Positions 17,883-26,182 of a DNA stretch of 35,734 nucleotides are shown one piece after another. Origin of the DNA: a virus (Duplodnaviria > Caudoviricetes). Where the stretch lies: the IMG/VR virus record IMGVR_UViG_3300030397_000311, positions 1-35,734 of that record; one strand, given 5' to 3'. Position numbers and translations under genes: made by a program. Position 1 is the first letter of the stretch. Each line of letters opens with the position of its first letter. A model generated the notes under the pieces. It saw only the letters and a program-made list of their open reading frames with translations. It was not told where the DNA came from and made no database searches.

Positions 17883-19339
17883 TGCCACAGCAATATTCTG
17901 ACATTCCAGAGGGCTTTCAGGTAGAGGAATATTCGGATGTTCCTGAAGGTTTTGCCGTTTCCGATGCGACCCAGATGGCATCTGAACGCGCCTTTAATGA
18001 ACTGCCGTTTATGAAAAAAATACTGGCGGCGGGGCAGGCGGGTATGTCTGTCGTGGGTGATGTAATGGGCGAAATTGCCGGTGGCTATAAATACGCCGAG
18101 AACATCATGGGACAGGGCCTGACTGGTAACGAAATTGACTTTGATCGTGCTGCCGCCGAGAGAGAGCGTATTTCGTCCGGGGTTTCCGAGCGTTTTGCGC
18201 CTGATGATCCTGCCGAGGCGAGAGCGAAAGAGCGCATTATGGGCATGGTTGGCGAGGGCATTGAGACAGCACAACGAGGGGCGCGGGGTGCTGCCGCGCA
18301 GATGTTTGTGCGTGACCCTGAACGCCGGGCAGAGATAGTAGAACAGCCGATGAGCGAAACGCTGGGAGATACTACTTTTGAGCAAACGGGTGATCCTTTT
18401 GCGTCAACATTGGCTTACATGGCTCCGGCTATGTTTGAAGCTGCGGCAGGCGCCAGAACAGCAAAAGGCATTACCAGTAGGACAGGCGGGACAAAGCCCG
18501 GGACGCCAAAAGGTTATAAAACGCCTGATGATTTGCCCTCGGCGGCCGACCTGAAAAAAAGCGCTCGCAAAGAGTACGCAATGGCAACATCAATGGGTGC
18601 CAGGATTAAGGCGCAGGCGGCATTGAACAAACTTGATGAGATCCTTGAGGGTGAGTTGGTAGTAGAGGGCCACACGACCGCGACGGTTGCCAACATCAAA
18701 AAGGCAAAAAACCTGGTTGAAAAGGGTGATGTGAATTTGCATACGGCACACTCAATTCGCAAGATTTTGAACAGGGCGGCAAACTCAAATGTGCCGCAGG
18801 ACAAAGCGGCGGCACTGTTTGCTGTCCGGCAATGGGAAAACTTCATGGGGAGTTTGTCTGATAGCAGTGTTGTGATGGGCCGGGGTGCCGATGTTGCTAA
18901 GGCGCTTGAGCACATCAAGGCTGGAAACGCACTGTGGTCGAGACTCAGCAAGGCCGAGGAACTGGCAAAGATTATCAAGCGAGCAGAAAGCAGGGCGCGC
19001 AGTCAGCACCAGGCATCCGGCTTTGATCATCAGGTCCGGCTGCAATTCAGGCAGATACTGGAGAACGATAAAAAATCAAAATACTGGTCAGATGATGAAT
19101 TACGCATGATGACCGAGATTGTGGAGGGCACAGATATTGGTGATCGTGCGCTTTATCAGTTGGGCAGGCTTGCGCCGAGTGGCGGGCTTACCCCGTGGCT
19201 GGCTGCGGGTGCAGCGGCGTATGATCCGATGACGCTGGTTATTCCTGCAGCGGGTACAGCCGGCCGTGTATTGGAAACAGCGCGCACTAAAAGAAGGATT
19301 GGACGATTGGATGCGGAGGTTCGTGGGCCGCGTCAGTAG
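17882..19339 (+). CDS. Putative DNA ejection protein (gp16 position)
   Basis: Synteny, A/G-rich helical, N-terminal tandem YSD(I/V)PEGF.V repeat. Confidence 0.65.
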   Translation: MPQQYSDIPEGFQVEEYSDVPEGFAVSDATQMASERAFNELPFMKKILAAGQAGMSVVGDVMGEIAGGYKYAENIMGQGLTGNEIDFDRAAAERERISSGVSERFAPDDPAEARAKERIMGMVGEGIETAQRGARGAAAQMFVRDPERRAEIVEQPMSETLGDTTFEQTGDPFASTLAYMAPAMFEAAAGARTAKGITSRTGGTKPGTPKGYKTPDDLPSAADLKKSARKEYAMATSMGARIKAQAALNKLDEILEGELVVEGHTTATVANIKKAKNLVEKGDVNLHTAHSIRKILNRAANSNVPQDKAAALFAVRQWENFMGSLSDSSVVMGRGADVAKALEHIKAGNALWSRLSKAEELAKIIKRAESRARSQHQASGFDHQVRLQFRQILENDKKSKYWSDDELRMMTEIVEGTDIGDRALYQLGRLAPSGGLTPWLAAGAAAYDPMTLVIPAAGTAGRVLETARTKRRIGRLDAEVRGPRQ

Positions 19340-19398
19340 CGGTCCTGTCGCTCATTAAGCATCATGAGGCAGACGATAACGGCAATGATTAGCAGCAT
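19333..19398 (-). CDS. Possible tiny antisense membrane peptide
   Basis: MLLIIAVIVCLMMLNERQDRY fills the gap between ejection and tail-fibre genes (alternative GTG at 19407). Confidence 0.35.
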   Translation of the reverse strand: MLLIIAVIVCLMMLNERQDRY

Positions 19399-19421
19399 TT
19401 CAATCACTAGCGGACTATAAC

Positions 19422-20222
19422 ATGCCAAGACTATTTTTCATGCCACAAGCGGTGCGGGTTAATTCAGCCGGCACACCCTATGGTGCGGCCTATGTCAGCT
19501 TTACGCTGACTGGTACGACCACCAATACGGACACCTACCAGGATTCGGCGCTCTCCAGTACGCACGCCAACCCGGTAGTGGCGGATGCCGGCGGGCAGTT
19601 CGCGGCCATCTACCTGGATCCTGCGATTACCTACCGGGCCAGGGTGTATGACAGCAATGATGTGTTGCTGGATGACATAGACCCGGTGCATGTGCCGATT
19701 GCGGGCGCTGATATCGCCATATCGGATGCTGGTGGGTATTTCACGACCGATAATGTCGAGGCGGCCCTGCAGCAGTTAGCGGCTGATTACCTGGCCAAAG
19801 CCGGTGGCACCATGACCGGGGCGCTGACCATGTCCGGTGCCGGCGTGAACATGGCAGACAACGTGTTGAGCCGCCCGGCGATTACGGACTATGGCATCAC
19901 CCACAATGCCATCACCTCCAGTGGTAATGCGATCACGGCGGATTGTTCCACGGGGAACAGTTTTTACCACCTGCTCACGGAAAACACGACGTTCACGCTC
20001 TCCAATCCGCCTGCCAGTGGCACGTTTGGTCAGATCAACATCGAGATTCAGCAGGATGGTGGTGGTGGTGCCTATACCGTGACCTGGCCAGGTTCTGTGA
20101 CCTGGCCCGGTGGTACGGCGCCGACCATATCCACGGCCAATGATGCGGTTGATTCGGTGACGTTGTACACGATCGATGGTGGTACTACGTGGCGCGGTAA
20201 CTTCAGCCAGGCGTATGCGTAA
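19422..20222 (+). CDS. Tail fibre/tailspike with podovirus-type virion-binding N-domain
   Basis: GTTT..DTYQD......ANPVVADAGG....IYL, NVEAALQQL, GGTMTGAL, C-terminal TFTLSNPP..QDG.G..TVTWP.SV.WPGG.AP domain. Confidence 0.75.
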   Translation: MPRLFFMPQAVRVNSAGTPYGAAYVSFTLTGTTTNTDTYQDSALSSTHANPVVADAGGQFAAIYLDPAITYRARVYDSNDVLLDDIDPVHVPIAGADIAISDAGGYFTTDNVEAALQQLAADYLAKAGGTMTGALTMSGAGVNMADNVLSRPAITDYGITHNAITSSGNAITADCSTGNSFYHLLTENTTFTLSNPPASGTFGQINIEIQQDGGGGAYTVTWPGSVTWPGGTAPTISTANDAVDSVTLYTIDGGTTWRGNFSQAYA

Positions 20223-20641
20223 TGTTTATGCACCAGCAGCGTCATGCTGGCGTACCTGGAGATTCTGCCAATATCCCGGCGCTTGACCTTGAGCGCACCG
20301 GGTCCAGTGGCACGGTCTATTCGGGCATCCGCTTTGATTCAGATGGTGATATCTACGCGGCCTCACCGACTGGTACCTATAACCGGGTCGGCACCTGGTT
20401 GCTGTCAGGCACCAATACAGATTTTTCGGTCAACCGGACCATTGATGCGGGCACCCTGACCACGGATGCCGGCAGCGGGGATTTGCAGTTGAACGCTGAC
20501 CGGACCTTTGATGTGCAGCAGGCGACGCCGGGTGCGGATAAGACCACTGATGTGACCTTCCAGATCCGCAACTGGAATGGTGGCAGCCCAAATGCCACGT
20601 ACTCCACCCGGCAATTGCGACTGAGGGCGATTAAGGAATGA
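20222..20641 (+). CDS. Putative distal tail-fibre/receptor-binding partner protein
   Basis: TAATG-coupled to the tail fibre; T/G/S-rich beta composition. Confidence 0.55.
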   Translation: MFMHQQRHAGVPGDSANIPALDLERTGSSGTVYSGIRFDSDGDIYAASPTGTYNRVGTWLLSGTNTDFSVNRTIDAGTLTTDAGSGDLQLNADRTFDVQQATPGADKTTDVTFQIRNWNGGSPNATYSTRQLRLRAIKE

Positions 20642-21096
20642 GGCGCAGGACTGATTACATCGTGGTGCATTGCTCAGCCACGCCCCCGTCTAGCGATATC
20701 GGTGCTGATGAGATTGACGAATGGCACCGCAACCGGAAGCCCACGCCATTCAAAATGATTGGCTATCATGCGGTCATTCGGCGTGACGGGCAGATCGAGT
20801 TTGGCCGGCACTTTGACGAGGCCGGCGCCCATGTACAGGGCCAGAACTATCGCTCTGTGGGTGTGTGCATGGTCGGTGGCATTGATGAGCAGGGTGATGC
20901 CGAGGACAACTTTAACGATGAGCAGTTCGATTCCCTGACCACGGTGATTGCGATGCTGCAGCGGGCTTACCCGGATGCAGAGGTGGTTGGCCACCGTGAC
21001 TTGTCGCCTGATGTGAATGGTGACGGGGTGGTGACATCGGACGAATGGGTAAAAGAGTGCCCGAGCTTTGATGTTGCGGAGTGGATGAAATCATGA
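20638..21096 (+). CDS. Endolysin, N-acetylmuramoyl-L-alanine amidase (T7 lysozyme-like)
   Basis: IVVHCSAT, IGYH.VIRRDG.IE.GR, GAHV.G.N..SVGVC.VGG, GHRDL, K.CPSFDV. Confidence 0.95.
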   Translation: MRRRTDYIVVHCSATPPSSDIGADEIDEWHRNRKPTPFKMIGYHAVIRRDGQIEFGRHFDEAGAHVQGQNYRSVGVCMVGGIDEQGDAEDNFNDEQFDSLTTVIAMLQRAYPDAEVVGHRDLSPDVNGDGVVTSDEWVKECPSFDVAEWMKS

Positions 21097-21224
21097 ATAT
21101 TGTGGACCGTTTCAAGGCGTTACCGGACAGGGCCAAAGCCCTGATGGACAAATACCCGGTGGTGTTTTACACGACCATCGCGGTGGGTGTTGTCATTGGC
21201 CTGTTGCTGGCGCTGGTGTTCTGA
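21093..21224 (+). CDS. Small single-TM membrane protein (43 aa; not in the ORF track)
   Basis: MNIVDRFKALPDRAKALMDKYPVVFYTTIAVGVVIGLLLALVF; ATGA and TGATG overlaps. Confidence 0.7.
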   Translation: MNIVDRFKALPDRAKALMDKYPVVFYTTIAVGVVIGLLLALVF

Positions 21225-21499
21225 TGACCTACAAAGGCGCCCAGCGTTTGAACGAATACCGGGTGTTTCCGCGGATATTCGTGTCGGCATACCTGATTTT
21301 CTATGCCTACGCCTGGGTTAAGGTCTTTGATTGGTTCATTACCTTTGACTGGAACAGCTTGCCGCAGGATGCGGTGGTGGGCTCGGTGGCGGCAGGGGCC
21401 GTTGCGGGGTTTCCGGCCATCATCCTTGCAGCAATGGGCAAGATGCTGAAAGAATTATTGACAAGTTACTGGAATAACGGGCCGGTGAATGGGGTGTAA
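21224..21499 (+). CDS. Putative holin (2 TM)
   Basis: Two hydrophobic segments, RVFPR motif, position in the lysis cassette. Confidence 0.6.
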   Translation: MTYKGAQRLNEYRVFPRIFVSAYLIFYAYAWVKVFDWFITFDWNSLPQDAVVGSVAAGAVAGFPAIILAAMGKMLKELLTSYWNNGPVNGV

Positions 21500-21500
21500 G

Positions 21501-21881
21501 ATGAAAGAGCTACATCTGACAAAAAAAGATTTTCGGCTGGAATGGTTTTCCGGCACAGGCGGTGGTGGGCAACACAGAAACAAGCACCAGAACTGCGCTC
21601 GGATCACTCATATCGAAACCGGAATTTCGGCTGTTGGAACTGCTCACAAAGAGCGCGCACGTAATCAGCATGATGCGTTTCGCGTGTTGGTTTCTCGGTT
21701 AATGGCGCATTACGATCAGCCTGCGGAGCGCAGAAAAGATGCTGATGAGGTTCGCGTATATCACGGCGCAAGAAACGAGGTCAGGGACCATGCATCAGGC
21801 TTGCGTATGCAATATCGTGATGTAGTCGAAAAAGGAAACATCGGACCAATGATCGAGGCTCGACGAGCTGCTAATGCCTAA
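21501..21881 (+). CDS. Release-factor-like peptidyl-tRNA hydrolase domain protein (RF-1 GGQ domain only)
   Basis: DFRLEWFSGTGGGGQHRNK...ARITHIETGI......ER..NQ..AF..L, then VRVYH..RNEVRDH..GL..VVEKGNI, resembling RF1 IRTYN..RVTDH..L..VMEG.L. Confidence 0.88.
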   Translation: MKELHLTKKDFRLEWFSGTGGGGQHRNKHQNCARITHIETGISAVGTAHKERARNQHDAFRVLVSRLMAHYDQPAERRKDADEVRVYHGARNEVRDHASGLRMQYRDVVEKGNIGPMIEARRAANA

Positions 21882-22455
21882 ACTCTGGGTAACAATCGGT
21901 GGCTATGCAGGGTGCCTTATCCTGTTCCTGATGTGGCGTGTGGAGGTCAATGCACACAAAGCATCACTGGCGCAAGCTGAAACAGACAAGGCGCTCGCCA
22001 TTGTTGCGGCAGAACAAGTCACCCGTGAGACGCTCTCAGAGGCCCACAGGCGCGAGATTGAGCAAAAGGATCAGCTTATCGCGCAGGCCGAGAACGCGCG
22101 TCTCAGGCTTGCTGATGATGTCCAGGTGCTGGAATCACAGGTTGCGGGGCAGGCGGGCCGCATTACACAACTGGAATTTGAGGCAGATATCGATGAAATC
22201 CCAACTTATGCTGATTGCAGCATTGTCTATATTCCTAGCCGGGTGCTGTACGCCGAAGATTGTGCCACAGCCGGTGCCGGTGGAGATTACGACTACCGAG
22301 TATGTGTCGGTGCCGAAGGACTTAACGAGGCAGATTCCGCCTTCACCAATATCACCATTGGTGACGCCCATAAGCTCTGGGGAGACGACCGCGCCAGGCT
22401 CGGACGATGTAACGCCCAACTAGCGGCGATTGAGTCTTTGGAGGTGCCGGAATGA
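21874..22455 (+). CDS. Rz: Inner-membrane spanin (Rz-like)
   Basis: N-terminal TM followed by coiled coil; nested lipoprotein gene. Confidence 0.75.
   Translation: MPKLWVTIGGYAGCLILFLMWRVEVNAHKASLAQAETDKALAIVAAEQVTRETLSEAHRREIEQKDQLIAQAENARLRLADDVQVLESQVAGQAGRITQLEFEADIDEIPTYADCSIVYIPSRVLYAEDCATAGAGGDYDYRVCVGAEGLNEADSAFTNITIGDAHKLWGDDRARLGRCNAQLAAIESLEVPE
22193..22423 (+). CDS. Rz1: Outer-membrane spanin lipoprotein (Rz1-like), nested in +1 frame; 3' end possibly frameshifted
   Basis: GAGG RBS, MKSQLMLIAALSIFLAGC lipobox, Pro-rich mature part (VPQPVPV..EYVSVPKDLT). Confidence 0.8.
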   Translation: MKSQLMLIAALSIFLAGCCTPKIVPQPVPVEITTTEYVSVPKDLTRQIPPSPISPLVTPISSGETTAPGSDDVTPN

Positions 22456-22781
22456 CCGACATCAAAGACAAGGCGATCAGTATATCGTTAAGTTCGCTGG
22501 CAACACTCGGCCCGGTCGCGCTGGTGGTGTGGTTTGTTATCAAGCCCCTGATTATTGCGGATATCAAGGACGAGATATTGCAGGAGGTCGCCCGTGGGCC
22601 GCTACAGACCGCCTTCAAGGAAATCCTTTTGGGCAACATCAATGTGAACCGGCGGGCGATCGCGAAACTTGAGTTTGACCGGGACCATCGCCCGGAAACC
22701 TGGACCCAGGAGCGCGCAGGTATACTGGCTGACCGGTATATCGAGATTCAGTCGCAAGAACGCGCCTACGATGCGTTGTGA
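22452..22781 (+). CDS. Single-TM membrane protein
   Basis: GGAGG RBS, ATGA overlap, N-terminal TM. Confidence 0.7.
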   Translation: MTDIKDKAISISLSSLATLGPVALVVWFVIKPLIIADIKDEILQEVARGPLQTAFKEILLGNINVNRRAIAKLEFDRDHRPETWTQERAGILADRYIEIQSQERAYDAL

Positions 22782-22843
22782 GTTTGGGAAAATAAGACCA
22801 AGCAATTCCTGATATATTTGGCCATTCAAAGGATGGTGGCACA

Positions 22844-23161
22844 ATGGCCGGATCACAAATACCGTGGATTATAGAGTGGCTTTGGGTTCCGTTGTGGCTT
22901 GCCGTGGTTGAATTATTCAGGCGTGTTTTCAGAATCGATCGCGAACATGGCGAGCGCCTTGCGTTGCTTGAAAAGGCCGAAGAAACCCGCGACCAGCAAC
23001 GAGAGGAAATGCTTGACCTGATCAAGACCCACAGCAATGACCTGCACACCCACAATGACAACGTGGTGACGGCGGTATCTGCCGTGTCAGAACAGGTCAA
23101 GGGTTATGGTCACAGGCTTGGCACCATTGAAGAATTGTTGATGAAGCGTGGAGAAAATTGA
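22844..23161 (+). CDS. N-terminal TM + coiled-coil protein (holin-like architecture)
   Basis: WIIEWLWVPLWLAVV followed by a charged helix. Confidence 0.65.
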   Translation: MAGSQIPWIIEWLWVPLWLAVVELFRRVFRIDREHGERLALLEKAEETRDQQREEMLDLIKTHSNDLHTHNDNVVTAVSAVSEQVKGYGHRLGTIEELLMKRGEN

Positions 23162-23366
23162 CCGCATCGCAGAGATAGCGCTTTGGGTTGCTATAATGGC
23201 AATCACGCTATCTGCAGCGGCGATCACCTGGTCCGTTACCAGGACCATCGATATGCAGGAGGACCTTGCTCACGCCATTGACCGTGTCGAGGTTTACGAG
23301 ATTTACATCAACAACCTGCATGCCGACCTGAAAGCACGCGGATTTGAACCCCCGGAGAGACCATGA
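23148..23366 (+). CDS. Small single-TM protein
   Basis: IALWVAIMAITLSAAAITW; overlaps neighbours. Confidence 0.6.
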   Translation: MEKIDRIAEIALWVAIMAITLSAAAITWSVTRTIDMQEDLAHAIDRVEVYEIYINNLHADLKARGFEPPERP

Positions 23367-23560
23367 GTAACCGCCCCTGCAAAGCCGCTGCTGACTGTAA
23401 CGGCGAATTACTGGAAGCCTCACAAACCATTCCCGTGCTGATTGCTACGGGCCAGATACCGGACGGTGAGCACCTTGACGAGTTCATCCGCATCAAGGAG
23501 GGCTTTGCCCGTCGGTACGTGGCTTGGCGTGATTCGGTGCTGTCTAACTCCACGGGATAG
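23363..23560 (+). CDS. Hypothetical protein, last gene of the late arm
   Basis: GGAG RBS, ATGA overlap; converges on the minus-strand arm. Confidence 0.55.
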   Translation: MSNRPCKAAADCNGELLEASQTIPVLIATGQIPDGEHLDEFIRIKEGFARRYVAWRDSVLSNSTG

Positions 23561-23936
23561 CGGCGTCAATTGCCCTGATGTGGCGCCAAACGTCGCGCGC
23601 CTCATCGACGCTTCTAATCGCTGCAGTGTGATACTTCCATCCTAGCCGCTGGCTCAAATCCTTATACAGTGCATTCCGGGTGGTGCGGCCTGATTTCCAG
23701 ATAGGGTCAATAATCCTGTGAATATGCTTTCTGGCGTTGCGTAGTTCCGGTGTCGGAATGATGCCCAATGGCTGCGTCGGGTTTTTGGTCTTGTGATGAC
23801 AGCCCACATAGTTACCGCATTCGTCACATTTCCAGAATGGCAGACCAGAAAGGTCGGACCGGTGCGGATAGATTTCCCGCCCATTGGTTAATCTTGCATC
23901 GATTTTCGTTTCACAGCCTGCGCAGTATATTTTCAC
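23544..23936 (-). CDS. Zinc-finger protein (DUF3268-like)
   Basis: CAGC...EIYPHR.DL....FWKCDECGNYVGCH...PLG....ELR.AR..IH..IDPIW. Confidence 0.85.
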   Translation of the reverse strand: MKIYCAGCETKIDARLTNGREIYPHRSDLSGLPFWKCDECGNYVGCHHKTKNPTQPLGIIPTPELRNARKHIHRIIDPIWKSGRTTRNALYKDLSQRLGWKYHTAAIRSVDEARDVWRHIRAIDAAIPWS

Positions 23937-24040
23937 CTGGCCAGGCTCTCGACCAGCGTTTCACCAATATCGTACATAATCCACAGTACGACAGCGGACC
24001 AGGCGAGGAACATCACGATGGTGACGACCTTTTTTCTCAC
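23933..24040 (-). CDS. Small TM peptide (35 aa; not in the ORF track)
   Basis: MRKKVVTIVMFLAWSAVVLWIMYDIGETLVESLAR; GTGA overlaps at both ends. Confidence 0.6.
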   Translation of the reverse strand: MRKKVVTIVMFLAWSAVVLWIMYDIGETLVESLAR

Positions 24041-24759
24041 TGCGCCGGGCCTTTGGACGAAGCATTTGCCTCACAATGCTGGACCCATCGCTTGCTGGCT
24101 TCATCGTAGTTCTGGCGGCAGTTCCTGAGTTCATCAAGGTCGTGCTCCCGTTCTGCCAGTAACGTGGCATTGGCCTGCCTGAGTCGTTCAAGTTCCTCCT
24201 GCATGGCGACCTGGCCCGCAAACTTGGCGACACACGCTTCGGCAGTGCCACCGTGTACCTTTTGCATGGAGCGCTTGCCACACAGGGATTCAATCGCGGC
24301 ACCGTAAAAGCCCATCTGAGCAAGGTGTGATGCGTCCCTTTCTTTTTCACAGTCCTGGATAGCCCGTGACAGGAACCGGGGGATGGGCAGGCCGATTGAC
24401 CAGCCCTGTGATTGCCCCTGTCCTGCGGCGCCGATCACCTGTGAGCAAGTCATCTGCGACCAGGCTTGCGGGGCGTATGCGGTTGATGCCGTGTAGTTGA
24501 AATTCGTATCCCCGCCGGCAAACGCCACATCGGTGGATATGTTCAGGTTTTGATTGTTGGCGTTCATCGCGTTGGCATTGGCTATGGCGGTTTGTTCCTG
24601 CCCTTGCTCCTGGCCCTGCACTTGGGTCTGTTTTTGTTGCTGGGTCGGTTTCATTTTGGGCGGACCCGCAAATGCTTCACTGGATAGGGCCGATATCACC
24701 AGGACGGCGGCAGCAAGGCCCAGCCATTCAACGAATGATAGTTTTCGGAACTTGATCAT
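24037..24759 (-). CDS. Exported Cys-containing protein with Gln-rich linker
   Basis: Signal peptide ending AFA; QQQKQTQVQGQEQGQEQ; TC...DCE...LC; coiled-coil C-terminus. Confidence 0.75.
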   Translation of the reverse strand: MIKFRKLSFVEWLGLAAAVLVISALSSEAFAGPPKMKPTQQQKQTQVQGQEQGQEQTAIANANAMNANNQNLNISTDVAFAGGDTNFNYTASTAYAPQAWSQMTCSQVIGAAGQGQSQGWSIGLPIPRFLSRAIQDCEKERDASHLAQMGFYGAAIESLCGKRSMQKVHGGTAEACVAKFAGQVAMQEELERLRQANATLLAEREHDLDELRNCRQNYDEASKRWVQHCEANASSKGPAQ

Positions 24760-24775
24760 GATTTATCCCCGGTTG

Positions 24776-24913
24776 TCAGATGGTGGCAGCCTGTGCGACC
24801 AGGATGCCGATGAAAAAGATAATACCAATTGCCCAGGCCACCACCCGCCAGATCACGGGCCAGAATATGCCGACCAGGATTACGCAGATAATGAGCAGCA
24901 GCAGGGTCAGCAT
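24776..24913 (-). CDS. Small 2-TM membrane protein (45 aa; not in the ORF track)
   Basis: GGAGG RBS; MLTLLLLIICVILVGIFWPVIWRVVAWAIGIIFFIGILVAQAATI. Confidence 0.7.
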   Translation of the reverse strand: MLTLLLLIICVILVGIFWPVIWRVVAWAIGIIFFIGILVAQAATI

Positions 24914-25122
24914 TTATCCTCCAATGCGGCGAGGGCTTGCTCTAATTCTTCGCTCGGGTTGTACAAATTCTTAGCCGCTTCCGCCACCGCTTCCAGCTTT
25001 TCGATGCGACATACAGGACACGGCGAATCTGGTCTGATGATGTGGTCAATGCAGGCCCGCCATCCTGATCCCCGCAACCGCTCGTTTTCGGCTTGTAGTT
25101 TGTCGCAATTCTCACACGGCAT
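24907..25122 (-). CDS. Small Cys-rich hypothetical protein
   Basis: CENC..ENERLR..CIDH..CPVC RIEKLEAVAEAAK. Confidence 0.65.
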   Translation of the reverse strand: MPCENCDKLQAENERLRGSGWRACIDHIIRPDSPCPVCRIEKLEAVAEAAKNLYNPSEELEQALAALEDKC

Positions 25123-25573
25123 CGCGACCACCAATGGCTTGTTCTATTCCCCACTTCTGAATCCGGTATGACAGAGTACGTGGGTCTATTCCAATCTCTT
25201 TGGCCCAATCTGCAAGGCACTGAGTCCGCCCGTTGAATGTAATGTTTCTGGTGCGGCGGGAGTTTCGCAGTTGTTCCGCTTGCGTTGACCATCGGCAATT
25301 GTCAGGGCAATAGTCGCCATCGTTATCTATGCGGTCGATTTTCAGCCCTTTGCCGAAACCATTGGCAATGGCCCATTCCCGGAAATTCGCAAACATCCAC
25401 CAATGGGTGCAGACAGTAATTCCCCGGCCTCCGTAATGGTGAAAATCCTTGTTATTCGGATTGCCGCAACGCTGGATCATATTCGCCCATACACGATAGA
25501 GCGTAATGGTTCGGCGCTTTTTGTCGCGCGTCACCCACTCAGTGATCTTGATTCGGTTTCGTGGTTTAGCCAT
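25112..25573 (-). CDS. HNH endonuclease
   Basis: LYRVW.NM.QRC.NP.....YGGRGITVC..W..F..F..WA, IDRIDNDG.Y.P.NCRW.T..EQ..N; C-terminal HTH-like segment. Confidence 0.9.
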   Translation of the reverse strand: MAKPRNRIKITEWVTRDKKRRTITLYRVWANMIQRCGNPNNKDFHHYGGRGITVCTHWWMFANFREWAIANGFGKGLKIDRIDNDGDYCPDNCRWSTQAEQLRNSRRTRNITFNGRTQCLADWAKEIGIDPRTLSYRIQKWGIEQAIGGRDAV

Positions 25574-25596
25574 CTATCTGCTCGCGTACCTTGTCG

Positions 25597-25857
25597 CTAT
25601 TCATCGCAAACCTCACAAACCTCCGAGCTTTCGCAAGCTACGTCCATTTTCACCATTTCCAGCACGCCAATCAGGGTGGTCAGGTTTGATCCCTCGCAAT
25701 AATAGAATCCCCGGTGCATACGCCCCTCTGTCATTTCAGCCGCCACAGCAATGTTCCGAAGCTTTCCGGCTTCGGCCATTTCGTATAGTTTGCGGGTTAG
25801 TCGTAAAATATCTGCGTTGACTTGGCCGGGACTAATTGCTGTCAGTTTGGTCATCAT
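25597..25857 (-). CDS. Hypothetical protein
   Basis: GGAGG RBS; L.EMAEAGKLRNIAVA...LIGVLE. Confidence 0.65.
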   Translation of the reverse strand: MMTKLTAISPGQVNADILRLTRKLYEMAEAGKLRNIAVAAEMTEGRMHRGFYYCEGSNLTTLIGVLEMVKMDVACESSEVCEVCDE

Positions 25858-26182
25858 CCCCTCCGGTGTTCAGGTGTGCAGCGACCCGAGCCGACTCCAG
25901 TTCGTGTTGAGCCCCTCTAAGTTCGACCTTACTTGCATGACCATTTAGATACCGATCAATGACGTGTCGCATGTTTTTTGCCGCCCTCTCTATCTTGCGG
26001 AGGCGAATATTCTCGGATTCGAGGTCAAGCCGCATAAGAGCAACACGCTCAATAATCTTTCTCAAATGCTCTATTTCGTCTGCGGCCTCTGACAACATGC
26101 ACCCATGCTCAAAGTCGGCCCTTAATCCTTGCTGGTCGTACAGGTCCGCAGACTCGCGTAACCTTTCATAAATGTCTTTCAT
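25832..26182 (-). CDS. Ead-type modular small protein (DI.ERLR / EAADEIE.LR)
   Basis: MKDIYERLR..EAADEIEHLRKI..RLRKIER. Confidence 0.7.
   Translation of the reverse strand: MKDIYERLRESADLYDQQGLRADFEHGCMLSEAADEIEHLRKIIERVALMRLDLESENIRLRKIERAAKNMRHVIDRYLNGHASKVELRGAQHELESARVAAHLNTGGDDDQTDSN

Noticed and set aside
21501-21881. Release factor as a sign of stop-codon reassignment
   Set aside because: Core genes are intact in the standard code and end in TAA, TGA and TAG; the protein lacks the codon-recognition domain; no suppressor tRNA seen
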